This document shows, piece after piece, positions 37,703 through 48,340 of a stretch of DNA of 64,000 nucleotides. Numbering within the stretch: position 1 is the stretch's first letter; each line of letters opens with the position of its first letter. A program made the translations under genes and the position numbers. Source of the stretch: an uncultured Dehalococcoidia bacterium (lineage in GTDB: Bacteria; Chloroflexota; Dehalococcoidia; Lucifugimonadales; GCA-2712585); contig CAYTPK010000022.1 of the NCBI GenBank assembly GCA_964439905.1, forward strand, positions 90,258 through 154,257. Reading direction: 5' to 3'. The notes below the pieces were generated by a model. That model saw nothing but the letters and a program-made list of their open reading frames with translations. It had not been told where the DNA came from and did no database searches.

Positions 37703-39229
37703 ATGTGCAGTTGTTTTCTCGAGAAATTCGTTGCCGGGAAAACGTTATATTCAATAACATGCTCACTGGTGAATATATTGGATTTGTTAACTAATTATAG
37801 GGAAATTCTAGGTACGGACGAGAGAAGAAAGGTGATCCTGGCTCTTGCTTCCACGTTCCTTTTGGTCCAGGTGGCGAGCTTCCCCATATCTCTCACCCTT
37901 CCAAGTTTGGCAAGCGATTTTAATATAACTATAACTACTGCAGCCTGGATTATGGTGTCAGAACTACTTCTCTTAGGTAGTACCGTGTTTCTTGCGGCTA
38001 AACTAGGTGGACGATACGGCCACAATCAGGCCTTTTTTATAGGTATAATTGTGGCCACGGTTGGTGCGGGTGCGGCGGGTTTTGCTCAGACATTTGATCA
38101 GCTTTTGCTATTTCGAGGAGTGCAAGGTTTAGGGGCTGCCTTCGTTACGGGGAATGCTAATGCCATATTGGCAGGTTATTTTGAGCCAAACGAAAGGGCT
38201 CGAGCATACGCTCTTCCAATATCAGCTGCTCGATTTGGGACGTTAATGGGCTTGGTAATTTTTTCTGTTTTCCTGCAGTTTTTGGGTTGGCGTGCCGTAT
38301 TTTTCACATTCATACCGCTTGGCATCGTAGCTACAATCCTAAGTATTCCGCTTCTTACATTGAAGCAAGGCAAGTCTACTCTTACTAAACCGGCTATAGA
38401 CTATATAGGTGCCACCTTATTTGTAGGAGCAATCGCCATACTGATATTATCTGGTCTACACCTACATCAAGGCGAAGAATCTTTCACCAGCAGTGACGGA
38501 ATTCGATACCACCTACCAATGCATTTGGTTTTCTTGGCTGTTTTTATTATATTCGTAATTTTTGAACGACTAGTTAAGAACCCATTTATGGACTTTAACC
38601 TATTCAATAATAAGCATTTTTCTATGGCTCTGTTTTCCAATACAACCTTCCATCTTTCCATGTTAGCTATTATGACAATGGTTCCAATATTGGTAGAGGA
38701 GGGATTTGATAGATCTCCAATGTTTATTATATATGTGTTGCTTCCTCACCAAACCTTAGGATTGGTTGTACCCGTATTCGCTGGATGGTATTACGATAAA
38801 TACAGTCCCCGTTTACTCCGTCCGTTAGCTATGTCGCTAATAGCTTTAGGCATTTTCTTAATGGGGATGTTTGCTTTAAAAATATCCTTTTGGTTTATAC
38901 CGTTGTTGTTGTTTCCTGCGTCAATTGGCACATCGATTTTTAATACAATCAATAATGCAGTAATTTTGAATTCCATAGGACTTCAACACAGAGATTTTGC
39001 TTCGGGAATGATAGAAACCACACGCCATGTGGGTCATACTCTCGGGGCAACTATAGCAGCCTCGGCCATGGGGCTAGCGTTGCCAGCCGGCATATTGATT
39101 CTTTCATTTGAAGAGAGTAGAGAATATTATGTCCGAGGCTTTCAAATAGGGGCCCTTTCAGTTATATGGTTGATATTATTAGGAGCCGCCGTTGCTTTTA
39201 AACACAAAATATTACCTGACTCTCGCTGA
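37703..39229 (+). CDS. MFS transporter (14-TM drug/H+ antiporter-like)
   Basis: 508 aa and polytopic, with LGGRYGH and GVQGLGAA motifs. The true start is probably downstream of the listed ATG, because TM1 begins near RKVILALAS. Confidence 0.8.
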   Translation: MCSCFLEKFVAGKTLYSITCSLVNILDLLTNYREILGTDERRKVILALASTFLLVQVASFPISLTLPSLASDFNITITTAAWIMVSELLLLGSTVFLAAKLGGRYGHNQAFFIGIIVATVGAGAAGFAQTFDQLLLFRGVQGLGAAFVTGNANAILAGYFEPNERARAYALPISAARFGTLMGLVIFSVFLQFLGWRAVFFTFIPLGIVATILSIPLLTLKQGKSTLTKPAIDYIGATLFVGAIAILILSGLHLHQGEESFTSSDGIRYHLPMHLVFLAVFIIFVIFERLVKNPFMDFNLFNNKHFSMALFSNTTFHLSMLAIMTMVPILVEEGFDRSPMFIIYVLLPHQTLGLVVPVFAGWYYDKYSPRLLRPLAMSLIALGIFLMGMFALKISFWFIPLLLFPASIGTSIFNTINNAVILNSIGLQHRDFASGMIETTRHVGHTLGATIAASAMGLALPAGILILSFEESREYYVRGFQIGALSVIWLILLGAAVAFKHKILPDSR

Positions 39230-39310
39230 TCTATATTAATTTGGCAAGGCGGGATTGAGTGTTTATTATTGGGTGAGCTATTACCATTCCGATCTGATTT
39301 TGGAGGAATA

Positions 39311-40270
39311 ATGAAAGCAGGACAGTTGACAGGTCCTCGTAGGTACGAAATTATAGAAACCGATGAGCCAGAGATAAAAAACGGTCAAGTAATGGTCAAG
39401 GTAGAGAAAATTTCCATATGTGGTAGTGATATCAGGCCATTCAGTAGAGTATATCCTGAAGAAGCCTACCCTATGCCCATTGGGCGTCCTACTCATGAGG
39501 TTGTCGGTATTATAGAGGATAGTATGGCTCAAGGTTTTAATCCCGGAGAGAGAGTTATTGTGTTTCCCTATGAACAGGGAGGGTTTCGTGAACGGATTGC
39601 TGTTACACCTGAATGTTTGGTTAGACTGCCCATAACTGGTTCCCTGGACACATGGATTTTGTGTCAGCCAATGGGAACCGTGCTATATGCCGTAAGCCGT
39701 ATGGGGGATGTCATAGATAAAAATGTGATAATCCTAGGACAAGGAGCTATTGGTCTGAGCTTTACTAAATTTCTTAGTGGTATGAATTGTAGGGAGTTGA
39801 TAGTTGTTGATCTGGAAGATAATCGTTTGGAACTTGCAAAAAGCCTAGGTGCTACCATAGCGATTAATCCTAAGACTGACGATGTAGAATCGATTTTAGG
39901 GGAAATTACAAAAGGCATTGGCCCTGATATTGTGGTCGAAGCCGCGGGTGAACACGAAACCGTACAACAATCGGTGAGGTTAGCAAAGAAATTTGGAACA
40001 GTCATATGGATGGGAATGACGCATGAGGAATTTTTCCCCATAGACTTTGAACAGGTGAGAAATAAGGATCTAACTATGATAGGGACGTCGAGTGCTAGAG
40101 CTGGAACCATGCCACAGTATGTTACTCAAGTAGTCCATATGGTAAACCAAGGGCGGATTGACCCCATGTTTCTCTTAACCCATAAAATGGATTCCTCTGA
40201 AATCCAAAAAGCACTAGAAACCTATGAAACCAGAAAAGATGGGATGATCAAAGTTATCTTGGATATGTAA
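39311..40270 (+). CDS. Zn-dependent MDR-family dehydrogenase (threonine/sorbitol dehydrogenase-like)
   Basis: I moved the start to the ATG at 39311 (MKAGQLTG), which lies 4 nt after a GGAGG. Contains CGSDIRPF, THEVVG and the Rossmann motif ILGQGAIGL. Confidence 0.8.
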   Translation: MKAGQLTGPRRYEIIETDEPEIKNGQVMVKVEKISICGSDIRPFSRVYPEEAYPMPIGRPTHEVVGIIEDSMAQGFNPGERVIVFPYEQGGFRERIAVTPECLVRLPITGSLDTWILCQPMGTVLYAVSRMGDVIDKNVIILGQGAIGLSFTKFLSGMNCRELIVVDLEDNRLELAKSLGATIAINPKTDDVESILGEITKGIGPDIVVEAAGEHETVQQSVRLAKKFGTVIWMGMTHEEFFPIDFEQVRNKDLTMIGTSSARAGTMPQYVTQVVHMVNQGRIDPMFLLTHKMDSSEIQKALETYETRKDGMIKVILDM

Positions 40271-40359
40271 TGAGGCCCGAGAGTTTGATCCCAGAAGGAC
40301 TGATGTCCAGTGGTTTTGAGTTTGGATTATACCGATTGTTTAATTGTGGCTGGAATAAG

Positions 40360-41181
40360 CTAGCTTATCCATGATGATCCACTGGAGGCAGCAAGGAATT
40401 CTTCTAAGAGATATTGATTGGATGCTATAATACTTTGCTCTTCAGGGTGCGATTGCCTATGGTATCGATCTTGGCATATTCCACCTGCCTCTCTCACCAT
40501 AAGTAGGCCCCCGGCCACGTCCCACGGAGAAAGAGTTTGGTGAAAATATAGATCCAGCCTTCCGCACGCGGTGTATGCCATTGCTAAAGCTGAGGATCCC
40601 ATTAGTCTAAAACTTTGCATGTTGGGCCAGATATGCGATATAAGATGAATGGCTTTAGCAGCTTCCTCATCAGAATATCCTAAATCGAAGCCTATCATCG
40701 AGTTCTCAATCTTAATCTTTGTGCTTACGTTGATTATTTGTTCGTTTAAATAGGCACCTTTCCCTTTTTCAGCTGTGAAAAGTTCTTTTCTAATAGGATC
40801 GTATGTTGCTGCTACAATCACTTCCTTATTGTTTGCTAGGGCAATGGCGGTGCAAAAATGAGGTATCCCTTGAACAAAATTTCGAGTTCCGTCAAGTGGA
40901 TCAACGTACCATTTATATGATGAGGATCCTGTTGATAGACCCGATTCTTCGGCCAAAATGGGATATTCTGGATATTCTTTCTGTAAGATATCCAATACTG
41001 TAGCCTCTGCCTCTAAATCAGCTTGGGTTACGGGGTTGGTCCGGCCTTTGTATGAAACGTCGAGTACTTTGGTGAACCAATTTAATGTTATATGTCCGGC
41101 ACATTTCGCGGCTTTGGTGGCTACTTCTAGGGGAGTCATTCCGGAAGCCGAATATGGAAACTTTTCGGAGTTAGATTTCAC
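40360..41181 (-). CDS. Inositol monophosphatase family protein
   Basis: 273 aa. Contains LAEESG, WYVDPLDGTRNF and PWDVAGGLLMVREAGG. Confidence 0.88.
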   Translation of the reverse strand: MKSNSEKFPYSASGMTPLEVATKAAKCAGHITLNWFTKVLDVSYKGRTNPVTQADLEAEATVLDILQKEYPEYPILAEESGLSTGSSSYKWYVDPLDGTRNFVQGIPHFCTAIALANNKEVIVAATYDPIRKELFTAEKGKGAYLNEQIINVSTKIKIENSMIGFDLGYSDEEAAKAIHLISHIWPNMQSFRLMGSSALAMAYTACGRLDLYFHQTLSPWDVAGGLLMVREAGGICQDRYHRQSHPEEQSIIASNQYLLEEFLAASSGSSWIS

Positions 41182-42176
41182 AGACCCATTTTCCCGCGAA
41201 CTTCACTAATGACTGATTTTGCGATTTTCCGAGCTCTTTTCGCTCCATCAGTTAGGATAGCTTGTACTAGGTCAGGCTGGTTCTCAAATTTAGTTCTCTG
41301 TTCTCGGAAAGGTGCCAGATATGTATTTACATTAGCTGCAAGATTTAATTTGCAGTCAACACATCCTAAGGTTCCCGAAGTACAACCGTTGTAAATTTCA
41401 TTAAGGTTTCTTTCGTCGAAGATTTTGTGCAGGCTATAAACATTACAGACGTTGGGTCGGCCTGGAATGGTTCGGTGAGTTCTTTGAGGATCGGTAACTG
41501 CGGACATTATTCTTTTTCGCGTTTCGTCATCAGATAGAGCTAATTCCACATGGTTATCCAAGGTCTTACTCATCTTGGTTTTGCCATCGAGCCCCCTAAT
41601 GCTGGGAGATTCTGTAAGTTTAACCTTTGGTTCAGGAAATGTGTTACCAAAAACTTTGTTAAACCTTCGCACAATTTCCCTAGATAATTCCACGTGGGGG
41701 ACTTGGTCTTCGCCAACGGGAACAGTATCCCCTTTGTAGAGAATTATGTCAGCAGTCTGTAAGACAGGGTATCCTACTAGTCCATAGTTTACGGTTTCAT
41801 CATTAGCTTTCATTTGTCTAAGTTTTTCTTTAAAGGTTGGCACTCGGGTCAGCCATCCTAATGGAGTCACCATACTTAAAAGAGTGTGCAATGTCATTAC
41901 TTCTGGTACCTGTGACTGGACGAAAATAATGCTCTTTTTGGGATCTATGCCAGCCGCGAGCCAATCAAGGACCATTTCATTCGTGTTTGGAGATATATCT
42001 TTAGCGTCTTGCACAGATTCGAGTGTTGTTAACGCATGTACGTCTACTACACAATATATGCACTCGTAATCGTCTTGTAACTTAACCCAATTTTGTAAAG
42101 CACCTAGATAGTTGCCTAGGTGCAGTCGTCCCGTGGGTCGCATGCCCGAAAAAATCCGACCTTTTTTTTGTGCCAT
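41178..42176 (-). CDS. trpS: Tryptophan--tRNA ligase
   Basis: 332 aa. The HIGH-type motif is PTGRLHLGNYLG, with GEDQ and KMSKT also present. Confidence 0.93.
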   Translation of the reverse strand: MAQKKGRIFSGMRPTGRLHLGNYLGALQNWVKLQDDYECIYCVVDVHALTTLESVQDAKDISPNTNEMVLDWLAAGIDPKKSIIFVQSQVPEVMTLHTLLSMVTPLGWLTRVPTFKEKLRQMKANDETVNYGLVGYPVLQTADIILYKGDTVPVGEDQVPHVELSREIVRRFNKVFGNTFPEPKVKLTESPSIRGLDGKTKMSKTLDNHVELALSDDETRKRIMSAVTDPQRTHRTIPGRPNVCNVYSLHKIFDERNLNEIYNGCTSGTLGCVDCKLNLAANVNTYLAPFREQRTKFENQPDLVQAILTDGAKRARKIAKSVISEVRGKMGL

Positions 42177-42442
42177 AATGCTCGCGTTATTAGGCTTAGA
42201 GGTGACGACAGTCTAGCATTGGAGACCTGAAAAGGACAACGAAAGTTTGCCTCGTAAAATGAGATATTTGAATCATGATTATCGTGTTATACGTATTAGA
42301 ATAGAGGATATTTTTAATAAACCATGTCCGTATGGTCATGACGTTTGAGGGTTATGGTTAGAGATTAAGTCGCTAGCACCGAGAGAAAGTTTTGGAAAAA
42401 CTCCTTACAGTCGCGAAAGAATAGGATATAGTTGCGTTATTG

Positions 42443-43696
42443 TTACGATGACTCGAGTTCGTTGTTCACTAAAGAGGGAACGGATCTTTTTATTGGGATC
42501 ATGAGGAGTAATAGAAATGCTCCAATGCTGAGAACGGCTTGGTAGTAAAAGACATATCCTAAACCGTACGAGTCTACGATCCAGGATGCCAGTAGAGGAG
42601 AAAACGCACCCAGCACGCTATTAAATCCAAAAAGTATGCCTATAGCTGAGGCTTCTGTTCCTGTATCAACTTCATCTAGAACAGCCGCTTGAATAATCTG
42701 GTGAAGGGCGTAGCTAAATAGTCCCATACCTGCTATCAAAAGGGATAGACTTAATCCAGTCCCAATGTGTAACACGAATGCTGATAAGACTCCGCTTACT
42801 AGAAGTCCTGGTAGTAGTACGGATTTCCTGTTGAACCTATCCGACAGGTTCCCCAATATGGGCGTTGATAATACTCCCATGCCAGACAAAATAGCCATAT
42901 GGAAACCGATGTTGAAACTACTTAACCCTACAGTTTCATCTAGGTAAAATGGAGTCCATACGAACATAGAATTCAGTGCCATGCCTCTTAGCAAGGCTAC
43001 ACAAACCAATCCCATGACTATACGATTTCGCAAAATCGGAAAGGTCATATTGAGTTGCCCTTTCAGAGTCCTTGATTGTTCTGATTTTAAGTCTTTACCT
43101 ATATTTTTTAGGTAAATCCAAACGAATATAGAAGCTAACAATACTGGGCATGCATAGATAAATAACACACCTCGCCACATCATTAAACTTAACAAAGCAC
43201 CCGCAACCAATGGGCCAGCAATATTACCAACATTGGCTCCTAGGCCGTGAATGGATATTGCGAAGCCCCTCCATTCGGGAAAGCGTTGAGAAATGGCTGC
43301 TGCAGCTGGCAAATGCCAGAGTGCCCCTGGTAGAGCGGTTACAAATACAAGTGCTATGAAAACGTTAAATGATTGAGAGAATCCCATAAGTCCATAAAAT
43401 ACTGCGGCCCAGATCAGGCAGGCGGTTAAAATTAAGCCCCATTGCCTCTTTACCATATCTACTACAAGACCACCTGGCAGGTTAACTATCCCGAATCCGA
43501 TCTGTCTGATGGAAGCTACGGCACCTATTTGGAAATTGGTTAAGCCTAATGTTGTTGTTATATATGGGAGCAAGACGTTGAAGCTTGTGTCTACCAAGTG
43601 AGTAACTCCATGCCCGATAGACAACACTCCTAGGGTTAGTTTTCGGTTTTGAGTGGGGATATTACGACTAAATATATCGTTCTCGTTCTTTAGCAT
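42443..43696 (-). CDS. MFS transporter
   Basis: 417 aa with about 12 TM segments. It has the MFS loop motif region DMVKRQWG and a second-half repeat. Confidence 0.8.
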   Translation of the reverse strand: MLKNENDIFSRNIPTQNRKLTLGVLSIGHGVTHLVDTSFNVLLPYITTTLGLTNFQIGAVASIRQIGFGIVNLPGGLVVDMVKRQWGLILTACLIWAAVFYGLMGFSQSFNVFIALVFVTALPGALWHLPAAAAISQRFPEWRGFAISIHGLGANVGNIAGPLVAGALLSLMMWRGVLFIYACPVLLASIFVWIYLKNIGKDLKSEQSRTLKGQLNMTFPILRNRIVMGLVCVALLRGMALNSMFVWTPFYLDETVGLSSFNIGFHMAILSGMGVLSTPILGNLSDRFNRKSVLLPGLLVSGVLSAFVLHIGTGLSLSLLIAGMGLFSYALHQIIQAAVLDEVDTGTEASAIGILFGFNSVLGAFSPLLASWIVDSYGLGYVFYYQAVLSIGAFLLLLMIPIKRSVPSLVNNELESS

Positions 43697-43882
43697 ACGT
43701 TCATGAAGGATCCAAATCCTAGTCTATCTAATATCGTCAAGACACTATCACAATGTAAGGTTAATATGCCAGGGTTCTTTGTATTATTGATATTTTCATT
43801 TGGAGATTAAATTTTAATTTGAACTTTTAAGTCAACTGTGTTCATAATAACTCCATATGTCGTGTGAATATTAACGCTTACA

Positions 43883-45100
43883 ATGAACTGGGAACGTTTA
43901 ACCCTAGCCTTTAGGGTATCAGCATATCGCTGGGTCTGGGCGAGCAATTTTGCTGCAGCCGCGGGATTTCAACCCTTTATGATCGGCCAAGGATGGTTAT
44001 TATATGACCTAACTGGATCACCGTTTATGGTAGGCCTTGCTCCTGGTTTGGGAGCGGCTTTCAATCTTGTGTTAAGCCCCTTTTGGGGTCTATTGGCGGA
44101 TAGGTTTGACCGTCGGAAGTTAATGATGATCTCTCAGACTGCCATGGGTTTATCTATCATAATGATAGGTGCTTTAGTAGTAATGGATCGTATTGAAGTT
44201 TGGCATGTATTGGGATTATCCGGCATCCAGCGTATGGGGATGTCTCTCCAGCGGACTGCACGGAGCACTCTTATGTTCGACGTAGTGGGAAGCAAAGCTT
44301 TCATGAATGCAACTGCTGGGCAATTTTTATCGTCACAGGGGGCTGGCCTAATTGGCCCCGTGGGTGCCGGCTTTATTATCAAATCTTTTGGAGCTGGGTA
44401 TTTGTTCCTGATACTAGGTTTCATCATCCTTATAGGCGTATTGATGTTGCTTAAAGTGGAATCAGTATTAGTGAAACGCCTACAATCCAAATCCATAATA
44501 GACGACCTGAAAGAGGGATTTAGGTTTGTGAGAAATGATAAACCGATTCGTACGATCTTATGGACGGTTTTGGTTACGGAAGGGCTAGGTTTTTCCACTT
44601 GGTCCATGTTTCCGGTTGTGGCTATTAGTTTGTTAGGTGGAGATGCTGTTACTTTAGGGTTATTGGGTACCTTCAGAGGCTTTGGAGGCGTAATCGGTGC
44701 ATTGTTTATATCAAGCTTTGGAGACATTAGGTTTAAGGGATCAATTTTATGGGGATCAGCGTTTCTTTTTGGACTTTTCTTGATAGCTTTCAGCTTCAGC
44801 CATAGCGCTCTCTTATCGTATGTCCTTATATCTACTATTGGTTTCATGGCCATTATGTACAATACCCAAGCACAGAGTTTGCTCCAGATACTAACTCCAG
44901 ATGAAATGAGAGGTCGAGTTATGGGGATCCATAGCGTCCTCCTAACGGGTATAGGATTTGGTGCTATGGGCATGGGCGCCATTGCTGGCTGGCTGGGTGT
45001 GAACTGGGCCATATTTGGTGGGGGAGGATTGGTGGCTACTAATGCCGCGATTAACCTTCCAATCGCCCCGACCGTTAATAGAAAGGCGGGTGGTAGTTAA
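43883..45100 (+). CDS. MFS transporter (EntS/MFS_3-like)
   Basis: 405 aa. Contains WGLLADRFDRRKLMM and 12 predicted TM segments. Confidence 0.8.
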   Translation: MNWERLTLAFRVSAYRWVWASNFAAAAGFQPFMIGQGWLLYDLTGSPFMVGLAPGLGAAFNLVLSPFWGLLADRFDRRKLMMISQTAMGLSIIMIGALVVMDRIEVWHVLGLSGIQRMGMSLQRTARSTLMFDVVGSKAFMNATAGQFLSSQGAGLIGPVGAGFIIKSFGAGYLFLILGFIILIGVLMLLKVESVLVKRLQSKSIIDDLKEGFRFVRNDKPIRTILWTVLVTEGLGFSTWSMFPVVAISLLGGDAVTLGLLGTFRGFGGVIGALFISSFGDIRFKGSILWGSAFLFGLFLIAFSFSHSALLSYVLISTIGFMAIMYNTQAQSLLQILTPDEMRGRVMGIHSVLLTGIGFGAMGMGAIAGWLGVNWAIFGGGGLVATNAAINLPIAPTVNRKAGGS

Positions 45101-45351
45101 CTAATAATCAGAAATTAATCCACTCTGGGATTTCCTGTGTTTCCGGAAAATCCTCTTTGCCACAATGACTAGAAGTAGAGCGATGTAATAACTTGATTAC
45201 TATTTTAAAATGGACCATAATCCCCGTGATCCTATCTCTGGAGAGTGATAATTTCTGAGTCCTGGCGGTGGTTGATTCTGGCATCTGATTGGCCCCTATG
45301 CCACTTGGTAACGAGAGTGAATTAACATCATTTTTATGTAGAGGAAGCACA

Positions 45352-46443
45352 ATGGAAACGTTAAAGTATATTTCTTCTGACTCCCATGTCAGAGAGGATG
45401 ATAATTTTAGGAATATGGTGCCGGTCGAATATCGTCATAGACTTCCTCATAAAGAGACAATTAATGGAGCAGATTATTCTGTTGTTGAAGGTCGAAAAAA
45501 ACGCAGATCGGATTTAGCAGAATCTCGAATCAATGATGACGACCTGAACCGTCAATTTAGATCAGACCCGACCGGAGGAAGAGATATAAGCCGGCGGTTG
45601 CAGGATCACATTAGAGATAACGTTGTAGGAGAAGTTATATACCCCGATGGAATGCTTGGATTGATGGCCAGTCCGGATATTTCTTTCCAAATGGGGGTGG
45701 CCAAAGCATATAATGATTGGGTCCATGGCATTTTTGGCCGACATCCAGGCCAATTCGCTCCCGCTGCTATTCTTCCATCGAAAGATGTAACGATGGCTGT
45801 GGAGGAAGCAACACGTCTGGCCGGAATGGGATTTCGAGTGGTGAGTTGTCCAATAAGCGTGGAAGATCAAGCTTATAGACATCCGGTTTATGAGCCACTT
45901 TGGAGTACTTTGGAAGAAACTGGTATGGTACCGAGCTTCCATATTTTTACTGGCACAAAGGATCATTTACCGGAGGGAGCTGGTGAAGAGGATTACGGAG
46001 GAATACTTTCTTATATGATTGAGGCGATGGCTGAAGCTATTCAGCCTACAGCTCAATTACTCAGTTCTGGCGTTGCTATGAGACATCCTGATATGAACTT
46101 TGTAATGGTGGAATGTGGAGGGGGGTGGTTGGCATGGGTTCTCTATGCTCTGGACGAACAATATGAAAGGAAGCACATGTGGATCGAACCTAAACTTGAT
46201 ATGAAGCCTAGCGAATATTTTAGGAGACAGGGACATGTCACATTTGGTGATGATCCTGTTGCTCTAACTAACCTTGGATATACTGGGGAAGGGGCGTTGC
46301 TTTGGGGCAGTGACTATCCTCATGATGAAGGTACATTCCCCCATTCTGAAGAAGTAATTAATCGGATTTTCCAGGGTGTTTCTGAAGATGTAAAAAGAAA
46401 GATCGTTTTTGAAAACGCTTCTAATCTCTATGGTTTCTTCTAG
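45352..46443 (+). CDS. Amidohydrolase-2 family metal-dependent hydrolase/decarboxylase
   Basis: I moved the start to the ATG at 45352 (METLKYISSDSHV), after GAGGAAG. The N-terminal SxDxH metal motif, SFHIF, ECGGGW and the C-terminal WGSDYPHDEG are present. Confidence 0.8.
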   Translation: METLKYISSDSHVREDDNFRNMVPVEYRHRLPHKETINGADYSVVEGRKKRRSDLAESRINDDDLNRQFRSDPTGGRDISRRLQDHIRDNVVGEVIYPDGMLGLMASPDISFQMGVAKAYNDWVHGIFGRHPGQFAPAAILPSKDVTMAVEEATRLAGMGFRVVSCPISVEDQAYRHPVYEPLWSTLEETGMVPSFHIFTGTKDHLPEGAGEEDYGGILSYMIEAMAEAIQPTAQLLSSGVAMRHPDMNFVMVECGGGWLAWVLYALDEQYERKHMWIEPKLDMKPSEYFRRQGHVTFGDDPVALTNLGYTGEGALLWGSDYPHDEGTFPHSEEVINRIFQGVSEDVKRKIVFENASNLYGFF

Positions 46444-46538
46444 CCATTTTATAGAATACAGATTGGTAATAGAAGATTGTAAACAGGGATTTTCTTTGAT
46501 AAAAGCTATATAAGCTTCAGTGTCGGCTGGGACCAACG

Positions 46539-48215
46539 TTACATATTTTCTGGTGTACCTAGGCCCATTAAGGTTAGGCAGCGTCCAAGAACGGTTTTCG
46601 ATGCCGCTACAAGTTTTAGGCGCGCGAGCGTAATATCGTGGTCTTCAGGATTACTAGACAACACGCGGCAGTTTTCGTAGAAATGATGGAAGGAAGTTGC
46701 TAATTGAACCGCATAGTACGGGAGGTGATGCGGTTCCAAGTTATCAGAGGCTTTTATTATTAATTCTGGGAATTTTAACATCTCTCTGATAAGGGTTAGT
46801 TCGGTGTTTTGGGTAAGCAATGATACATTTCCGTCTAGCCAGCTAATCTTCTGCTCACTAGCGTTTCTCAATATGCCGGACATTCGAGCATGGGCATATT
46901 GAATGTAATATATGGGATTTTCTGAAGATTGCCTTTTCGCGAGCGACATATCAAAATCCATTTGACTGTTGGCTGAACGAGTTAGGAAGAAATAACGGCA
47001 GGCATCAACCCCTACTTCATCGACCAGTTCCCGAAGGGAAATAAAATCTCCTGAGCGTTTTGAAGCCTTTACCAATTGACTGCCGCGTTTTAGAGTTACC
47101 ATTTGGGAAATTAAAATATTTAGTCTAGACGGATCTATTCCTAGCCCTAGCATGGCAGCCTTTAGTCGTGAAACATGGCCTTGGTGATCGGCTCCCCAGA
47201 CATTAATTACTTGGTCAAAACCGCGACTGATGAACTTGTTGTGATGATAGGCTATGTCGGACGCAAAGTAAGTTGGGGCTCCGGTCGATCGTACGACTAC
47301 ATTGTCTTTATCTTCCCCCAAAGAGGTGGATGTAAACCAGCGAGCTCCGTCTCTCTCGATTAAATAACCATTGTTTTCAAGTTTATCCATAGTTTGATGG
47401 TATTCCCCGGATTCATATAGGGTTCTTTCTGCAAACCAGACATCGAAATGTACGCCGAGTGTCTCGAGATCATCCCTTATCATGTCCACCATTTTTTTTC
47501 GTGATAAATCTCCTATCTGTTTTACGGCAGTCTCACGATCACCATCGGAGAATTTTAGTCCTTCCTGTTGCAGTATTTGTTTACCTAATTCAGTGACATA
47601 TTCTCCTCTATATCCTCCTGCTGGAAATTCCGCTTCTCTGCCTGCAGCATCAAGGTATCTAGTGTAAACAGATTGATAAAAGAGATTCATTTGGGTTCCG
47701 GCGTCATTTACGTAATACTCGCTAGTTACGGTATGTCCAGCTGCCTTTAAAAGGGCTGCTAATACCGAACCTATTACAGCTCCTCGAATGTGTCCTACAT
47801 GGACTGGTCCAGTAGGGTTAACGCTGACATATTCCACCATGATCTTTTTCACCGCGGATCCGGTGATGTTTCCATAGGTATTTTGTTCGTCCAGAATAGT
47901 GTCGACTTGGTGTGCAATCCACTTTTCGTTAAGACGGAAATTAATAAATCCCGGGCTCGCAGTATATATTTCTTTGATTATATGATCTGTATCCAACTGA
48001 TCCGCTATCAATTTGGCTAGATTCATGGGTGCTATGCGAGTTGATTTAGCAAGGCGAAGTGGAAGACTGGTTGCATAGTCACCATGTGATGGGTCAGCAG
48101 GATGTTCCAAGGAGATTTCTGGTAATGTCTCCAGAGGCAAAGATCCCTGAACTTTGAATTTCTCCAGGGTTGCCTGAATTCTATCTTTAATGAGATTTCT
48201 AATTAAGGAGGGCAC
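46539..48215 (-). CDS. argS: Arginine--tRNA ligase
   Basis: 558 aa with a GTG start. The HIGH-type motif is NPTGPVHVGHIRGAVIG. A C-terminal DALR anticodon-binding region ends in ...GTPENM. Confidence 0.93.
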   Translation of the reverse strand: MPSLIRNLIKDRIQATLEKFKVQGSLPLETLPEISLEHPADPSHGDYATSLPLRLAKSTRIAPMNLAKLIADQLDTDHIIKEIYTASPGFINFRLNEKWIAHQVDTILDEQNTYGNITGSAVKKIMVEYVSVNPTGPVHVGHIRGAVIGSVLAALLKAAGHTVTSEYYVNDAGTQMNLFYQSVYTRYLDAAGREAEFPAGGYRGEYVTELGKQILQQEGLKFSDGDRETAVKQIGDLSRKKMVDMIRDDLETLGVHFDVWFAERTLYESGEYHQTMDKLENNGYLIERDGARWFTSTSLGEDKDNVVVRSTGAPTYFASDIAYHHNKFISRGFDQVINVWGADHQGHVSRLKAAMLGLGIDPSRLNILISQMVTLKRGSQLVKASKRSGDFISLRELVDEVGVDACRYFFLTRSANSQMDFDMSLAKRQSSENPIYYIQYAHARMSGILRNASEQKISWLDGNVSLLTQNTELTLIREMLKFPELIIKASDNLEPHHLPYYAVQLATSFHHFYENCRVLSSNPEDHDITLARLKLVAASKTVLGRCLTLMGLGTPENM

Positions 48216-48340
48216 GGGATCTACCTATTTTTGGAAAGGGGTATAGTAGCATAACAGTGTTTAGGCTTCTATACTTGGAGAGGCCAGTTAAACTCCCTTG
48301 TCTACCTGACTCATGGTTATTCCCATCTGCTTGTACTAAA

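Noticed and set aside
42177-42442. A 266-nt leader upstream of trpS, inspected for a T-box riboswitch.
   Set aside because: No T-box consensus (…GGTGGTACCGCG…) or specifier/terminator architecture is visible on the minus strand.
44134-45012. A 292-aa ORF antisense to the MFS transporter gene.
   Set aside because: It is a Pro/Lys/Ile-rich low-complexity translation, fully shadowed by a + strand ORF with clear 12-TM MFS features. This is a typical antisense shadow ORF.
45108-45350. An 80-aa minus-strand ORF between the MFS and amidohydrolase genes.
   Set aside because: It has no motifs or Shine-Dalgarno sequence, and it overlaps the likely promoter and 5' region of the amidohydrolase gene. 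It is probably non-coding.
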